64,000 nucleotides of DNA from Azolla caroliniana (taxonomy: Eukaryota > Plantae > Polypodiophyta): the NCBI GenBank assembly GCA_043228905.1, contig JBHGNT010000046.1, positions 1 through 64,000 on the forward strand, in the 5' to 3' direction. Position 1 is the stretch's first letter. Every line of letters starts with the position of its first letter. This document shows, one piece after another, positions 22,291 to 37,401 of this stretch. Position numbers and translations under genes: made by a program. The notes beneath the pieces are model-generated. The model was not told the origin of the DNA. It saw only the letters and a list, made by a program, of their open reading frames with translations, and ran no database searches.

Positions 22291-25200
22291 AAAAATCCGA
22301 TATTACACGAGCCAGGTATGAACATTGTATTTTACTCAAGGGCTCCTCTCAACTAACTCCTCAAATTTGGTAATTTCGTCATGTCTCTCGACCTGAGTTT
22401 CAAAATCTTGATTTTTTAATTCCATATCATAGCTAGCGTTGCTAGCTTCGATTCGCATGTTTGAACACAAAAATCCAATATCACACTCGCCAGGTATGAA
22501 CATTTTAATTTACTCAAGGACTCCTCTCAACTCCCTCCTCATGTTTGGTAATTTCGTCATGTCTCTCGACCTGAGTTTTAAAATCTTGATTTTTTAATTC
22601 GATATCATAGCTAGCGTTGTTAGCTTCGAATCGCATGTTTGAACACAAAAATCCGATATCACACGAGCCAGGTATGAACATTTTAATTTACTCAAGGGCT
22701 CCTCTCAACTCCCTCCTCATGTTTGGTAATTTCGTCATGTCTCTCGACCTGAGTTTCAAAATCTTGATTTTTTAATTCCATATCATAGCTAGCGTTGTTA
22801 GCTTCGATTCGCATGTTTGAACACAAAAATCCGATATCACACGAGCCACGTATGAACATTTTAATTTACCTCCAAGCTATTCTCAACTGACTCCTCAAAT
22901 TTGCTAATTTCGTCATGGCTCTCGACCTGAGTTTCAAAATCTTGATTTTTTAATTCTATATCATAGCTAGCGTTGTTAACTTCGATTCGCATGTTTGAAC
23001 ACAAAAATCGGATATCACACTCGCGAGGTATGATCATTTTAATTTTCGTACTAGCTCTTCCCAACTCACTCCTGAAATTTGGTAATTTCGTCATGTCTCT
23101 CGACCTAAGTTTCAAAATCTTGATTTTTTAATTCCATATCATAGCTAGCGTTGTTAGCTTCGATTCGCATGTTTGAACACAAAAATCCGATATCACACGA
23201 GCCAGGTATGAACATTTTAATTTTCCTACTAGCTCTTCCCAACTCACTCCTCAAATTTGGTAATTTCGTCATGTCTCTCGACCTGAGTTTCAAAATCTTG
23301 ATTTTTTAATTCCATATCATAGCTAGCGTTGTTAGCTTCGATTCGCAGGTTTGAGCACAAAAATTCGATATCACACTCGCCAGGTATGAACATTTTAATT
23401 TACTCAAGGGCTCCTCTCAACTCACTCCTCAAATTTGGTAATTTCGTCATGTCTCTCGACCGGAGTTTCAAAATCTTGATTTTTTAATTCGATATCATAG
23501 CTAGCGTTGATAACTTCGATTCGCATGTTTGAACACAAAAATCCGATAGCACACGAGCCAGGTATGAACATTTTAATTTATTCAAGGGCTCTGCTCAACT
23601 CACTCGTCAAATTTGGTAATTTCGTCATGTCTCTCGACCTGAGTTTCAAAATCTTGATTTTTTAATTCCATATCATAGCTAGCGTTGTTAACTTCGATTC
23701 GCATGTTTGAACACAAAAATCGGATATCACACTCCCGAGGTATGATCATTTTAATTTTCGTACTAGCTCTTCCCAACTCACTCCTCAAATTTGGTAATTT
23801 CGTCATGTCTCTCGACCTGAGTTTCAAAATCTTGAGTTCTTAATTCCATATCATAGCTAGCGTTGTTAGCTTCGATTCGCATGTTTGAACACAAAAATCC
23901 GATATCACACGAGCCACGTATGAACATTTTAATTTACTCAAGGGCTCCTCTCAACTCCCTCCTCATGTTTGGTAATTTCGTCATGTCTTTCGACCTGAGT
24001 TTCAAAATCTTGATTTTTTAATTCCATATCATAGCTAGCGTTGTTAGCTTCGATTCGCATGTTTGTACACAAAAATCCCATATTACACGAGCCAGGTATG
24101 AACATTGTATTTTACTCAAGGGCTCCTCTCAACTCCCTCCTAAAATTTGGTAATTTCATCATGTCTTTCGACCTGAGTTTCAAAATCTCAATTTTTTAAT
24201 TCCATAGCATAGCTAGTGCTGTTAGCTTCGATTCGCATGTTTGAGCACAAAAATCCTCAAGGGCTCCTCTCAACTCCCTCCTCATGTTTGGTAATTTCGT
24301 CATGTCTCTCGACCTGAGTTTTAAAATCTTGATTTTTTAATTCCATATCATAGCTAGCGTTGTTAGCTTCGATTCGCATGTTTGAACACAAAAATCCGAT
24401 ATCACACTCGCAAGGTATGAACATTTTAATTTACTCAAGGGCTCTTCTCAACTCACTCCTCAAATTTGGTAATTTCGTCATGTCTCTGGACTTGAGTTTC
24501 AAAATCTTGATTTTTTAATTCCATATCATAGCTAGCGTTGTTAGCTTCGATTCGCATGTTTGAACACAAAAATCCGATATCACACGAGCCACGTATGAAC
24601 ATTTTAATTTACCTCCAAGCTATTCTCAACTGACTCCTCAAATTTGCTAATTTCGTCATGGCTCTCGACCAGAGTTTCATAATCTTGATTTTTTAATTCC
24701 ATATCATAGCTAGGGTTGTTAGCTTCGATTCGCATGTTTGAACACAAAAATCCGATATTACACGAGCCAGGTATGAACATTGTATTTTACTCAAGGGCTC
24801 CTCTCAACTCCCTCCTAAAATTTGGTAATTTCATCATGTCTTTCGACCTGAGTTTCAAAATCTCGATTTTTTAATTCCATAGCATAGCTAGTGCTGTTAG
24901 CTTCGATTCGCATGTTTGAGCACAAAAATCCGATATCACACGAGCCACGTATGAACATTTTAATTTACTCAAGGGCTCCTCTCAACTAACTCCTCAAATT
25001 TGGTAATTTCGTCATGTCTCTCGACCTGAGTTTCCAAATCTTGATTTTTTAATTCGATATCATAGCTAGCGTTGTTAGCTTCGATTCGCATGTTTGAACA
25101 CAAAAATCCGATATGACACTCGCGAGGTATGAACATTTTAATTTTCCTACTAGCTCTTCCCAACTCACTCCTCAAATTTGGTAATTTCATCATGTCTCTC

Positions 25201-28200
25201 GACCTGAGTTTCAAAATCTTGATTTTTTAATTCTATATCATAGCTAGCGTTGTTAGCTTCGATTCGCATGTTTGAACACAAAAATCCAATATGACACTCG
25301 CCAGGTATGAACATTTTAATTTACCTACTAACTCTTCCCAACTCACTCCTCAAATTTGGTAATTTCGTCATGTCTCTCGACTTGTGTTTCAAAATCTTGG
25401 CTTTTTAATTCCATATCATAGCTAGCGTTGTTAGCTTCGATTCGCATGTTTGAACACAAAAATGCGATATCACACGAGCCAGGTATGAACATTTTAATTT
25501 ACTCAAGGCCTCCTCTCAACTCACTCCTCAAATTTGGTAATTTCGTCATGTCTCTCGACCTGAGTTTCAAAATCTTGATTTTTTATTTCTATATCATAGC
25601 TAGCGTTGTTAGCTTCGATTCGCATGTTTGAACACAAAAATGCGATATCACACGAGATAGGTATGAACATTTTAATTTACCTCCAAGCTATTCTCAACTT
25701 ACTCCTCAAATTTACTAATTTCATCATGTCTCTCGACCTAAGTTTCGAAATCTTGATTTTTTAATTCTATATCATAGCTAGCGTTGTTAGCTTCGATTCG
25801 CATGTTTGAACACAAAAATGCGATATCACACGAGCCAGTTATGGACATTTTAATTTTCCTACTAGCTCTTCCCAACTCACTCCTCAAATTTGGTAATTTC
25901 GTCATGTCTCTCGACCTGAGTTTCAGAATCTTGATTTTTTAATTCTATATCATAGCTAGCGTTGTTAGCTTCGATTCGCATGTTTTGAACACAAAAATCC
26001 GATATCACACTCGCCATGTATGAACATTTTAATTTACCTACTAACTCTTCCCAACTCACTCCTCATGTTTGGTAATTTCGTCATGTCTCTCGACCTGAGT
26101 TTCCAAATCTTGATTTTTTAATTTCATATCATAGCTAGCGTTGTTAGCTTCGATTCGCATGTTTGAACACAAAAATCCCATATTACACGAGCCAGGTATG
26201 AACATTGTATTTTACTCAAGGGCTCCTCTCAACTCCCTCCTAAAATTTGGTAATTTCATCATTTCTTTCGACCTGAGTTTCAAAATCTCGATTTTTTAAT
26301 TCCATAGCATAGCTAGTGCTGTTAGCTTCGATTCGCATGTTTGAGCACAAAAATCCGATATCACACGAGCCACGTATGAACATTCTAATTTACTCAAGGG
26401 CTCCTCTCAACTCACTACTGAAATTTGGTAATTTCATCATGTCCCTCGACCTGAGTTTCAAAATCTTGATTTTTTAATTCTATATCATAGCTAGCGTTGT
26501 TAGCTTCGATTCGCATGTTTGAACACAAAAATCCGATATGACACTCGCGAGGTATGAACATTTTAATTTTCCTACTAGCTCTTCCCAACTCACTCCTCAA
26601 ATTTGGTAATTTCGTCATGTCTCTCGACCTGAGTTTCAAAATCTTGATTTCTTAATTCCATATCATAGCTAGCGTTGTTAGCTTCGATTCGCATGTTTGA
26701 GCACAAAAATTCGATATCACACTCGCCAGGTATGAACATTTTAATTTACTCAAGGGCTCCTCTCAACTCACTCCTCAAATTTGGTAATTTCGTCATGTCT
26801 CTCGACCTGAGTTTCCAAATCTTGATTTTTTAATTCGATATCATAGCTAGCGTTGTTAGCTTCGATTCGCATGTTTGAACACAAAAATCCGATAGCACAC
26901 GAGCCAGGTATGAACATTTTAATTTACTCAAGGGCTCTGCTCAACTCACTCCTCAAATTTGGTAATTTCGTCATGTCTGTCGACCTGAGTTTCAAAATCT
27001 TGATTTTTTAATTCCAGATTATAGCTAGCGTTGTTAGCTTCGATTCGCATGTTTGAACACAAAAATCCGATATCACACGAGCCAGGTATGAACATTTTAA
27101 TTTACTCAAGGGCTCCTCTCAACTCCCTCCTCATGTTTGGTAATTTCGTCATGTCTTTCGACCTGAGTTTCAAAATCTTGATTTTTTAATTCCATATCAT
27201 AGCTAGCGTTGTTAGCTTCGATTCGCATGTTTGAACACAAAAATCCCATATTACACGAGCCAGGTATGAACATTGTATTTTACTCAAGGGCTCCTCTCAA
27301 CTCCCTCCTAAACTTTGGTAATTTCATCATTTCTTTCGACCTGAGTTTCAAAATCTCGATTTTTTAATTCCATAGCATAGCTAGTGCTGTTAGCTTCGAT
27401 TCGCATGTTTGAGCACAAAAATCCGATATCACACGAGCCACGTATGAACATTTTAATTTACTCAAGGGCTCCTCTCAACTCACTACTGAAATTTGGTAAT
27501 TTCATCATGTCCCTCGACCTGAGTTTCAAAATCTTGATTTTTTAATTCTATATCATAACTAGCGTTGTTAGCTTCGATTCGCATGTTTGAACACAAAACT
27601 CCGATATCACACTCGCCAAGTATGAACATTTTAAATTACCTACTAACTCTTCCCAACTAACTCCTCAAATTTGGTAATTTCGTCATGTCTCTCGACCTGA
27701 GTTTCAAAATCTTGATTTTTTAATTCCATATCATAGCTAGCGTTGTTAGCTTCGATTCGCATGTTTGAACACCAAAATCCGATATCACACGAGCCACGTA
27801 TGAACATTTTAATTTACTCAAAGGCTCTCTCAACTCACTACTGAAATTTGGTAATTTCATCATGTCTCTCGACCTGAGTTTCAAAATCTCGATTTTTTAA
27901 TTCTATATCATAGCTAGCGTTGTTAGCTTCGATTCGCATGTTTGAACACAAAAATCCAATATCACACTCGCCAGGTATGAACCTTTTAATTTACTCAAGG
28001 ACTCCTCTCAACTCCCTCCTCATGTTTGGTAATTTCGTCATGTCTCTCGACCTGAGTTTTAAAATCTTGATTTTTTAATTCCATATCATAGCTAGCGTTG
28101 TTAGCTTCGATTCGCATGTTTGAACACCAAAATCCGATATCACACGAGCCACGTATGAACATTTTAATTTACTCAAGGGCTCCTCTCAACTAACTCCTCA

Positions 28201-31200
28201 AATTTGGTAATTTCGTCATGTCTCTCGACCTGAGTTTCAAAATCTTGATTTTTTAATTCGATATCATAGCTAGCGTTGTTAGCTTCGATTCGCATGTTTG
28301 AACACAAAACTCCGATATCACACTCGCCAGGTATGAACAGTTTAAATTACCTACTAACTCTTCCCAACTAACTCCTCAAATTTGGTAATTTCGTCATGTC
28401 TCTCGACCTGAGTTTCAAAATCTTGATTTTTTAATTCCATATCATAGCTAGCGTGGTTAGCTTCGATTCGCATCTTTGAACACAAAAATCCGATATCACA
28501 CGGGCCACGTATGAACATTTTAATTTACTCAAGGGCTCCTCTCAACTCACTACTGAAATTTGGTAATTTCATCATGTCTCTCGACCTGAGTTTCAAAATC
28601 TTGATTTTTTAATTCTATATCATAGCTAGCGTTGTTAGCTTCGATTCGCATGTTTGAACACAAAAATCCAATATGACACTCGCCAGGTATGAACATTTTA
28701 ATTTACCTACTAACTCTTCCCAACTCACTCCTCAAATTTGGTAATTTCGTCATGTCTCTCGACTTGAGTTTCAAAATCTTGGCTTTTTAATTCCATATCA
28801 TAGCTAGCGTTGTTAGCTTCGATTCGCATGTTTGAACACAAAAATGCGATATCACACGAGCCAGGTATGAACATTTTAATTTACTCAAGGCCTCCTCTCA
28901 ACTCACTCCTCAAATTTGGTAATTTCGTCATGTCTCTCGACCTGAGTTTCAAAATCTTGATTTTTTATTTCTATATCATAGCTAGCGTTGTTAGCTTCGA
29001 TTCGCATGTTTGAACACAAAAATGCGATATCACACGAGCCAGGTATGAACATTTTAATTTACCTCCAAGCTATTCTCAACTTACTCCTCAAATTTGCTAA
29101 TTTCATCATGTCTCTCGACCTAAGTTTCGAAATCTTGATTTTTTAATTCTATATCATAGCTAGTGTTGTTAGCTTCGATTCGCATGTTTGAACACAAAAA
29201 TGCGATATCACACGAGCCAGGTATGAACATTTTAATTTTCCTACTAGCTCTTCCCAACTCACTCCTCAAATTTGGTAATTTCGTCATGTCTCTCGACCTG
29301 AGTTTCAGAATCTTGATTTTTTAATTCTATATCATAGCTAGCGTTGTTAGCTTCGATTCGCATGTTTTGAACACAAAAATCCGATATCACACTCGCCATG
29401 TATGAACATTTTAATTTACCTACTAACTCTTCCCAACTCACTCCTCATGTTTGGTAATTTCGTCATGTCTCTCGACCTGAGTTTCCAAATCTTGATTTTT
29501 TAATTTCATATCATAGCTAGCGTTGTTAGCTTCGATTCGCATGTTTGAACACAAAAATCCCATATTACATGAGCCAGGTATGAACATTGTATTTTACTCA
29601 AGGGCTCCTCTCAACTCCCTCCTAAAATTTGGTAATTTCATCATTTCTTTCGACCTGAGTTTCAAAATCTCGATTTTTTAATTCCATAGCATAGCTAGTG
29701 CTGTTAGCTTCGATTCGCATGTTTGAGCACAAAAATCCGATATCACACGAGCCACGTATGAACATTCTAATTTACTCAAGGGCTCCTCTCAACTCACTAC
29801 TGAAATTTGGTAATTTCATCATGTCCCTCGACCTGAGTTTCAAAATCTTGATTTTTTAATTCTATATCATAGCTAGCGTTGTTAGCTTCGATTCGCATGT
29901 TTGAACACAAAAATCCGATATGACACTCGCGAGGTATGAACATTTTAATTTTCCTACTAGCTCTTCCCAACTCACTCCTCAAATTTGGTAATTTCGTCAT
30001 GTCTCTCGACCTGAGTTTCAAAATCTTGATTTCTTAATTCCATATCATAGCTAGCGTTGTTAGCTTCGATTCGCATGTTTGAGCACAAAAATTCGATATC
30101 ACACTCGCCAGGTATGAACATTTTAATTTACTCAAGGGCTCCTCTCAACTCACTCCTCAAATTTGGTAATTTCGTCATGTCTCTCGACCTGAGTTTCCAA
30201 ATCTTGATTTTTTAATTCGATATCATAGCTAGCGTTGTTAGCTTCGATTCGCATGTTTGAACACAAAAATCCGATAGCACACGAGCCAGGTATGAACATT
30301 TTAATTTACTCAAGGGCTCTGCTCAACTCACTCCTCAAATTTGGTAATTTCGTCATGTCTGTCGACCTGAGTTTCAAAATCTTGATTTTTTAATTGCAGA
30401 TCATAGCTAGCGTTGTTAGCTTCGATTCGCATGTTTGAACACAAAAATCCGATATCACACGAGCCAGGTATGAACATTTTAATTTACTCAAGGGCTCCTC
30501 TCAACTCCCTCCTCATGTTTGGTAATTTCGTCATGTCTTTCGACCTGAGTTTCAAAATCTTGATTTTTTAATTCCATATCATAGCTAGCGTTGTTAGCTT
30601 CGATTCGCATGTTTGAACACAAAAATCCCATATTACACGAGCCAGGTATGAACATTGTATTTTACTCAAGGGCTCCTCTCAACTCCCTCCTAAACTTTGG
30701 TAATTTCATCATTTCTTTCGACCTGAGTTTCAAAATCTCGATTTTTTAATTCCATAGCATAGCTAGTTCTGTTAGCTTCGATTCGCATGTTTGAGCACAA
30801 AAATCCGATATCACACGAGCCACGTATGAACATTTTAATTTACTCAAGGGCTCCTCTCAACTCAGTACTGAAATTTGGTAATTTCATCATGTCCCTCGAC
30901 CTGAGTTTCAAAATCTTGATTTTTTAATTCTATATCATAACTAGCGTTGTTAGCTTCGATTCGCATGTTTGAACACAAAACTCCGATATCACACTCGCCA
31001 GGTATGAACATTTTAAATTACCTACTAACTCTTCCCAACTAACTCCTCAAATTTGGTAATTTCGTCATGTCTCTCGACCTGAGTTTCAAAATCCTGATTT
31101 TTTAATTCCATATCATAGCTAGCGTTGTTAGCTTCGATTCGCATGTTTGAACACAAAAATCCGATATTACACGAGCCAGGTATGAACATTGTATTTTACT

Positions 31201-33898
31201 CAAGGGCTCCTCTCAACTAACTCCTCAAATTTGGTAATTTCGTCATGTCTCTCGACCTGAGTTTCAAAATCTTGATTTTTTAATTCCATATCATAGCTAG
31301 CGTTGCTAGCTTCGATTCGCATGTTTGAACACAAAAATCCAATATCACACTCGCCAGGTATGAACATTTTAATTTACTCAAGGACTCCTCTCAACTCCCT
31401 CCTCATGTTTGGTAATTTCGTCATGTCTCTCGACCTGAGTTTTAAAATCTTGATTTTTTAATTCGATATCATAGCTAGCGTTGTTAGCTTCGAATCGCAT
31501 GTTTGAACACAAAAATCCGATATCACACGAGCCAGGTATGAACATTTTAATTTACTCAAGGGCTCCTCTCAACTCCCTCCTCATGTTTGGTAATTTCGTC
31601 ATGTCTCTCGACCTGAGTTTCAAAATCTTGATTTTTTAATTCCATATCATAGCTAGCGTTGTTAGCTTCGATTCGCATGTTTGAACACAAAAATCCGATA
31701 TCACACGAGCCACGTATGAACATTTTAATTTACCTCCAAGCTATTCTCAACTGACTCCTCAAATTTGCTAATTTCGTCATGGCTCTCGACCTGAGTTTCA
31801 AAATCTTGATTTTTTAATTCTATATCATAGCTAGCGTTGTTAACTTCGATTCGCATGTTTGAACACAAAAATCGGATATCACACTCGCGAGGTATGATCA
31901 TTTTAATTTTCGTACTAGCTCTTCCCAACTCACTCCTGAAATTTGGTAATTTCGTCATGTCTCTCGACCTAAGTTTCAAAATCTTGATTTTTTAATTCCA
32001 TATCATAGCTAGCGTTGTTAGCTTCGATTCGCATGTTTGAACACAAAAATCCGATATCACACGAGCCAGGTATGAACATTTTAATTTTCCTACTAGCTCT
32101 TCCCAACTCACTCCTCAAATTTGGTAATTTCGTCATGTCTCTCGACCTGAGTTTCAAAATCTTGATTTTTTAATTCCATATCATAGCTAGCGTTGTTAGC
32201 TTCGATTCGCAGGTTTGAGCACAAAAATTCGATATCACACTCGCCAGGTATGAACATTTTAATTTACTCAAGGGCTCCTCTCAACTCACTCCTCAAATTT
32301 GGTAATTTCGTCATGTCTCTCGACCGGAGTTTCAAAATCTTGATTTTTTAATTCGATATCATAGCTAGCGTTGATAACTTCGATTCGCATGTTTGAACAC
32401 AAAAATCCGATAGCACACGAGCCAGGTATGAACATTTTAATTTATTCAAGGGCTCTGCTCAACTCACTCGTCAAATTTGGTAATTTCGTCATGTCTCTCG
32501 ACCTGAGTTTCAAAATCTTGATTTTTTAATTCCATATCATAGCTAGCGTTGTTAACTTCGATTCGCATGTTTGAACACAAAAATCGGATATCACACTCCC
32601 GAGGTATGATCATTTTAATTTTCGTACTAGCTCTTCCCAACTCACTCCTCAAATTTGGTAATTTCGTCATGTCTCTCGACCTGAGTTTCAAAATCTTGAG
32701 TTCTTAATTCCATATCATAGCTAGCGTTGTTAGCTTCGATTCGCATGTTTGAACACAAAAATCCGATATCACACGAGCCACGTATGAACATTTTAATTTA
32801 CTCAAGGGCTCCTCTCAACTCCCTCCTCATGTTTGGTAATTTCGTCATGTCTTTCGACCTGAGTTTCAAAATCTTGATTTTTTAATTCCATATCATAGCT
32901 AGCGTTGTTAGCTTCGATTCGCATGTTTGTACACAAAAATCCCATATTACACGAGCCAGGTATGAACATTGTATTTTACTCAAGGGCTCCTCTCAACTCC
33001 CTCCTAAAATTTGGTAATTTCATCATGTCTTTCGACCTGAGTTTCAAAATCTCAATTTTTTAATTCCATAGCATAGCTAGTGCTGTTAGCTTCGATTCGC
33101 ATGTTTGAGCACAAAAATCCTCAAGGGCTCCTCTCAACTCCCTCCTCATGTTTGGTAATTTCGTCATGTCTCTCGACCTGAGTTTTAAAATCTTGATTTT
33201 TTAATTCCATATCATAGCTAGCGTTGTTAGCTTCGATTCGCATGTTTGAACACAAAAATCCGATATCACACTCGCAAGGTATGAACATTTTAATTTACTC
33301 AAGGGCTCTTCTCAACTCACTCCTCAAATTTGGTAATTTCGTCATGTCTCTGGACTTGAGTTTCAAAATCTTGATTTTTTAATTCCATATCATAGCTAGC
33401 GTTGTTAGCTTCGATTCGCATGTTTGAACACAAAAATCCGATATCACACGAGCCACGTATGAACATTTTAATTTACCTCCAAGCTATTCTCAACTGACTC
33501 CTCAAATTTGCTAATTTCGTCATGGCTCTCGACCAGAGTTTCATAATCTTGATTTTTTAATTCCATATCATAGCTAGGGTTGTTAGCTTCGATTCGCATG
33601 TTTGAACACAAAAATCCGATATTACACGAGCCAGGTATGAACATTGTATTTTACTCAAGGGCTCCTCTCAACTCCCTCCTAAAATTTGGTAATTTCATCA
33701 TGTCTTTCGACCTGAGTTTCAAAATCTCGATTTTTTAATTCCATAGCATAGCTAGTGCTGTTAGCTTCGATTCGCATGTTTGAGCACAAAAATCCGATAT
33801 CACACGAGCCACGTATGAACATTTTAATTTACTCAAGGGCTCCTCTCAACTAACTCCTCAAATTTGGTAATTTCGTCATGTCTCTCGACCTGAGTTTC
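16310..33898 (+). repeat. 50-monomer tandem duplication (8864 bp offset)
   Basis: Markers 16564->25428, 19946->28810, 22861->31725 and 23600->32464 differ by 8864 = 50x178-37+1. Private variants are shared: cttgtgtttc (16517/25381) and the 37-bp deletion (24256/33120). Confidence 0.9.
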
Positions 33899-36800
33899 AT
33901 AATCTTGATTTTTTAATTCCATATCATAGCTAGCCTTGTTAGCTTCGATTCGTATGTTTGAACACAAAAATCCGATATCACACGAGCCAGGTATGAACAT
34001 TTTAATTTACTCGAGGGCTCCTCTCAACTCCCTCCTCATGTTTGGTAATTTCGTCATGTCTTTCGACCTGAGTTTCAAAATCTTGATTTTTTAATTCCAT
34101 ATCATAGCTAGGGTTGTTAGCTTCGATTCGCATGTTTGAACACAAAAATCCGATATTACACGAGCCAGGTATGAACATTGTATTTTACTCAAGGGCTCCT
34201 CTCAACTCCCTCCTAAAATTTGGTAATTTCATCATGTCTTTCGACCTGAGTTTCAAAATCTCGATTTTTTAATTCCATAGCATAGCTAGTGCTGTTAGCT
34301 TCGATTCGCATGTTTGAGCACAAAAATCCGATATCACACGAGCCACGTATGAACATTTTAATTTACTCAAGGGCTCCTCTCAACTAACTCCTCAAATGTG
34401 GTAATTTCGTCATGTCTCTCGACCTGAGTTTCAAAATCTTGATTTTTTAATTCCATATCATAGCTAGCGTTGTTAGCTTCGATTCGCATGTTTGAACACA
34501 AAAATCCAATATCACACTCGCCAGGTATGAACATTTTAATTTACTCAAGGACTCCTCTCAACTCCCTCCTCATGTTTGGTAATTTCGTCATGTCTCTCGA
34601 CCTGAGTTTGAAAATCTTGATTTTTTAATTCCATATCATAGCTAGCGTTGTTAGCTTCGATTCGCATGTTTGAACACAAACATCCGATATTACACGAGCC
34701 AGGTATTAACATTGTATGTTACTCAAGGGCTCCTCTCAACTCCCTCCTAAAATTTGTTAATTTCATCATTGTATGTTACTCAAGGGCTCCTCTCAACTCA
34801 CTCCTCAAATTTGGTAATTTTGTCATGTCTCTCGACCTGAGTTTCAAAATCTTAATTTTTTAATTCGATATCATAGCTAGCGTTGTTAGCTTCGATTCGC
34901 ATGTTTGAACACAAAAATCCGATATCACACGACCCAGGTATGAACATTTTAATTTACTCAAGCGCTCTTCCCAACTCACTCCTCAAATTTGGTAATTTCG
35001 TCATGTCTCTCGACCTGAGTTTCAAAATCTTGATTTTTTAATGCCATATCATAGCTAGCGTTGTTAGCTTCGATTCGCATATTTGAACACAAAAATCCGA
35101 TATCACACGACCCACGTATGAACATTTTAATTTACCTCCAAGCTATTCTCAACTGACTCCTCAAATTTGCTAATTTCGTCATGTCTCTCGACCTGAGTTT
35201 CAAAATCTTGATTTTTTAATGCCATATCATAGCTAGCGTTGTTAGCTTCGATTCGCATGTTTGAACACAAACATCCGATAGCACACGAGCCAGGTATGAA
35301 CATTTTCATTTACCTCCAAGCTATTCTCAACTTACTCCTCAAATTTGCTAATTTCATCAAGTCTCTTGACCTGAGTTTCAAAAACTTGATTTTTTAATTC
35401 TATATCATAGCTAGCGTTGTTAGCTGCGATTCGCATGTTTGACCACAAAAATCCGATATCACACGAGCCAGGTATGAACATTTTAATTTTCCTACTAGCT
35501 CTTCCCAACTCACTCCTCAAATTTGGTAATTTCGTCATGTCTCTCGACCTGAGTTTCAAAATCTTGATTTTGGATTTCTATATCATAGCTAGCGTTTTTA
35601 GCTTCGATTCGCATGTTTGAACACAAAAATGCGATATCACACGAGCCAGGTATGAACATTTTAATTTACTCAAGGGCTCCTCTCAACTCACTCCTCAAAT
35701 TTGGCAATTTTGTCATGTCTCTCGACCTGAGTTTCAAAATCTTGATTTTTTATTTCTATATCATAGCTAGCAATGTTAGCTTCGATTCGCATGTTTGAAC
35801 ACAAAAATGCGATATCACACGAGCCAGGTATGAACATTTTCATTTACTCAAGGGCTCCTCTCAACTCCCTCCTCATGTTTGGTAATTTCATCATGTCTCT
35901 CGACGTGAGTTTCAAAATCTTGATTTTTTAATTCCATATCATAGCTAGCGTTGTTAGCTTCGATTCGCATGTTTGAACACAAAAATCCGATATCACACGA
36001 GCCAGGTATGAACATTTTAATTTACTCAAGGGCTCCTCTCAACTCACTCGTCAAATTTGGTAATTTCGTCATGGTTCTCGACCTGAGTTTCATAATCTTG
36101 ATTTTTTAATTCCATATCATAGCTAGCGATGTTAGCTTCGATTCGCATGTTTGAACACAAAAATCTGATATCACACGAGCCAGGTATGAACATTTTCATT
36201 TACCTCCAAGCTATTCTCAACTTACTCCTCAAATTTGCTAATTTCATCATGTCTCTCGACCTGAGTTTCAAAATCTTGATTTTTTAATGCCATATCATAG
36301 CTAGCGTTGTTAGCTTCGATTCGCATGTTTGAGCATAAAAATTCGATATGACACGAGCCAGGTATGAACATTTTAATTTACTCAAGGGCTCCTCTCAACT
36401 CACTCCTCAAATTTGGTAATTTCATCATGTCTCTCGACCTGAGTTTCAAAATCTTGATTTTTTAATTCCATATCATAGCTAGCGTTGTTAGCTTCGATTC
36501 GCATGTTTGAACACAAAAATCCGATATCACACGAGCCACGTATGAACATTTTAATTTTCCTACTAGCTCTTCCCAACTCACTCCTCAAATTTGCTAATTT
36601 CGTCATGTCTCTCGACCTGAGTTTCAAAATCTTGATTTTTTAATTGCATATTATAGCTAGCGCTGTCAGCTTCGATACGCATGTTTGAACACAAAAATCC
36701 GATATCACACGAGCAAGGTATGAACATTTTGTTTTACTCAAGGGCTCCTCTCAACTCCCTCCTCATGTTTGGTAATTTCGTCATGTCTCTCGACCTGAGT

Positions 36801-37401
36801 TTCAAAATCTTGATTTTTTAATTCCATATCATAGCTAGCGTTGTTAGCTTCGATTCGCATGTTTGAACACAAAAATCCGATATTACACGAGCCAGGTATG
36901 AACATTGTATTTTACTCAAGGGCTCCTCTGAACTCCCTCCTAAAATTTGGTAATTTCATCATGTCTTTCGACCTGAGTTTCAAAATCTCGATTTTTTAAT
37001 TCCATATCATAGCTAGCGTTGTTAGCTTCGATTCGCATGTTTGAGCACAAAAATCCGATATCACACGAGCCACGTATGAACATTTTATTTTACCTCCAAG
37101 CTATTCTCAACTCACTCGTCAAATTTGGTAATTTCGTCATGTCTCTCGACCTGAGTTTCAAAATCTTGATTTTTTAATTCCATATCATAGCTAGCGTTGT
37201 TAGCTTCGATTCGCATGTTTGAGCACAAAAATTCGATATCACACTCGCCAGCTATGAACATTTTAATTTACCTCCAAGCTATTCTCAACTGACTCCTCAA
37301 ATTTGCTAATTTCGTCATGTCTCTCGACCTGAGTTTCAAAATCTTGATTTTTTAATGCCATATCATAGCTAGCGTTGTTAGCTTCGATTCGCATGTTTGA
37401 G

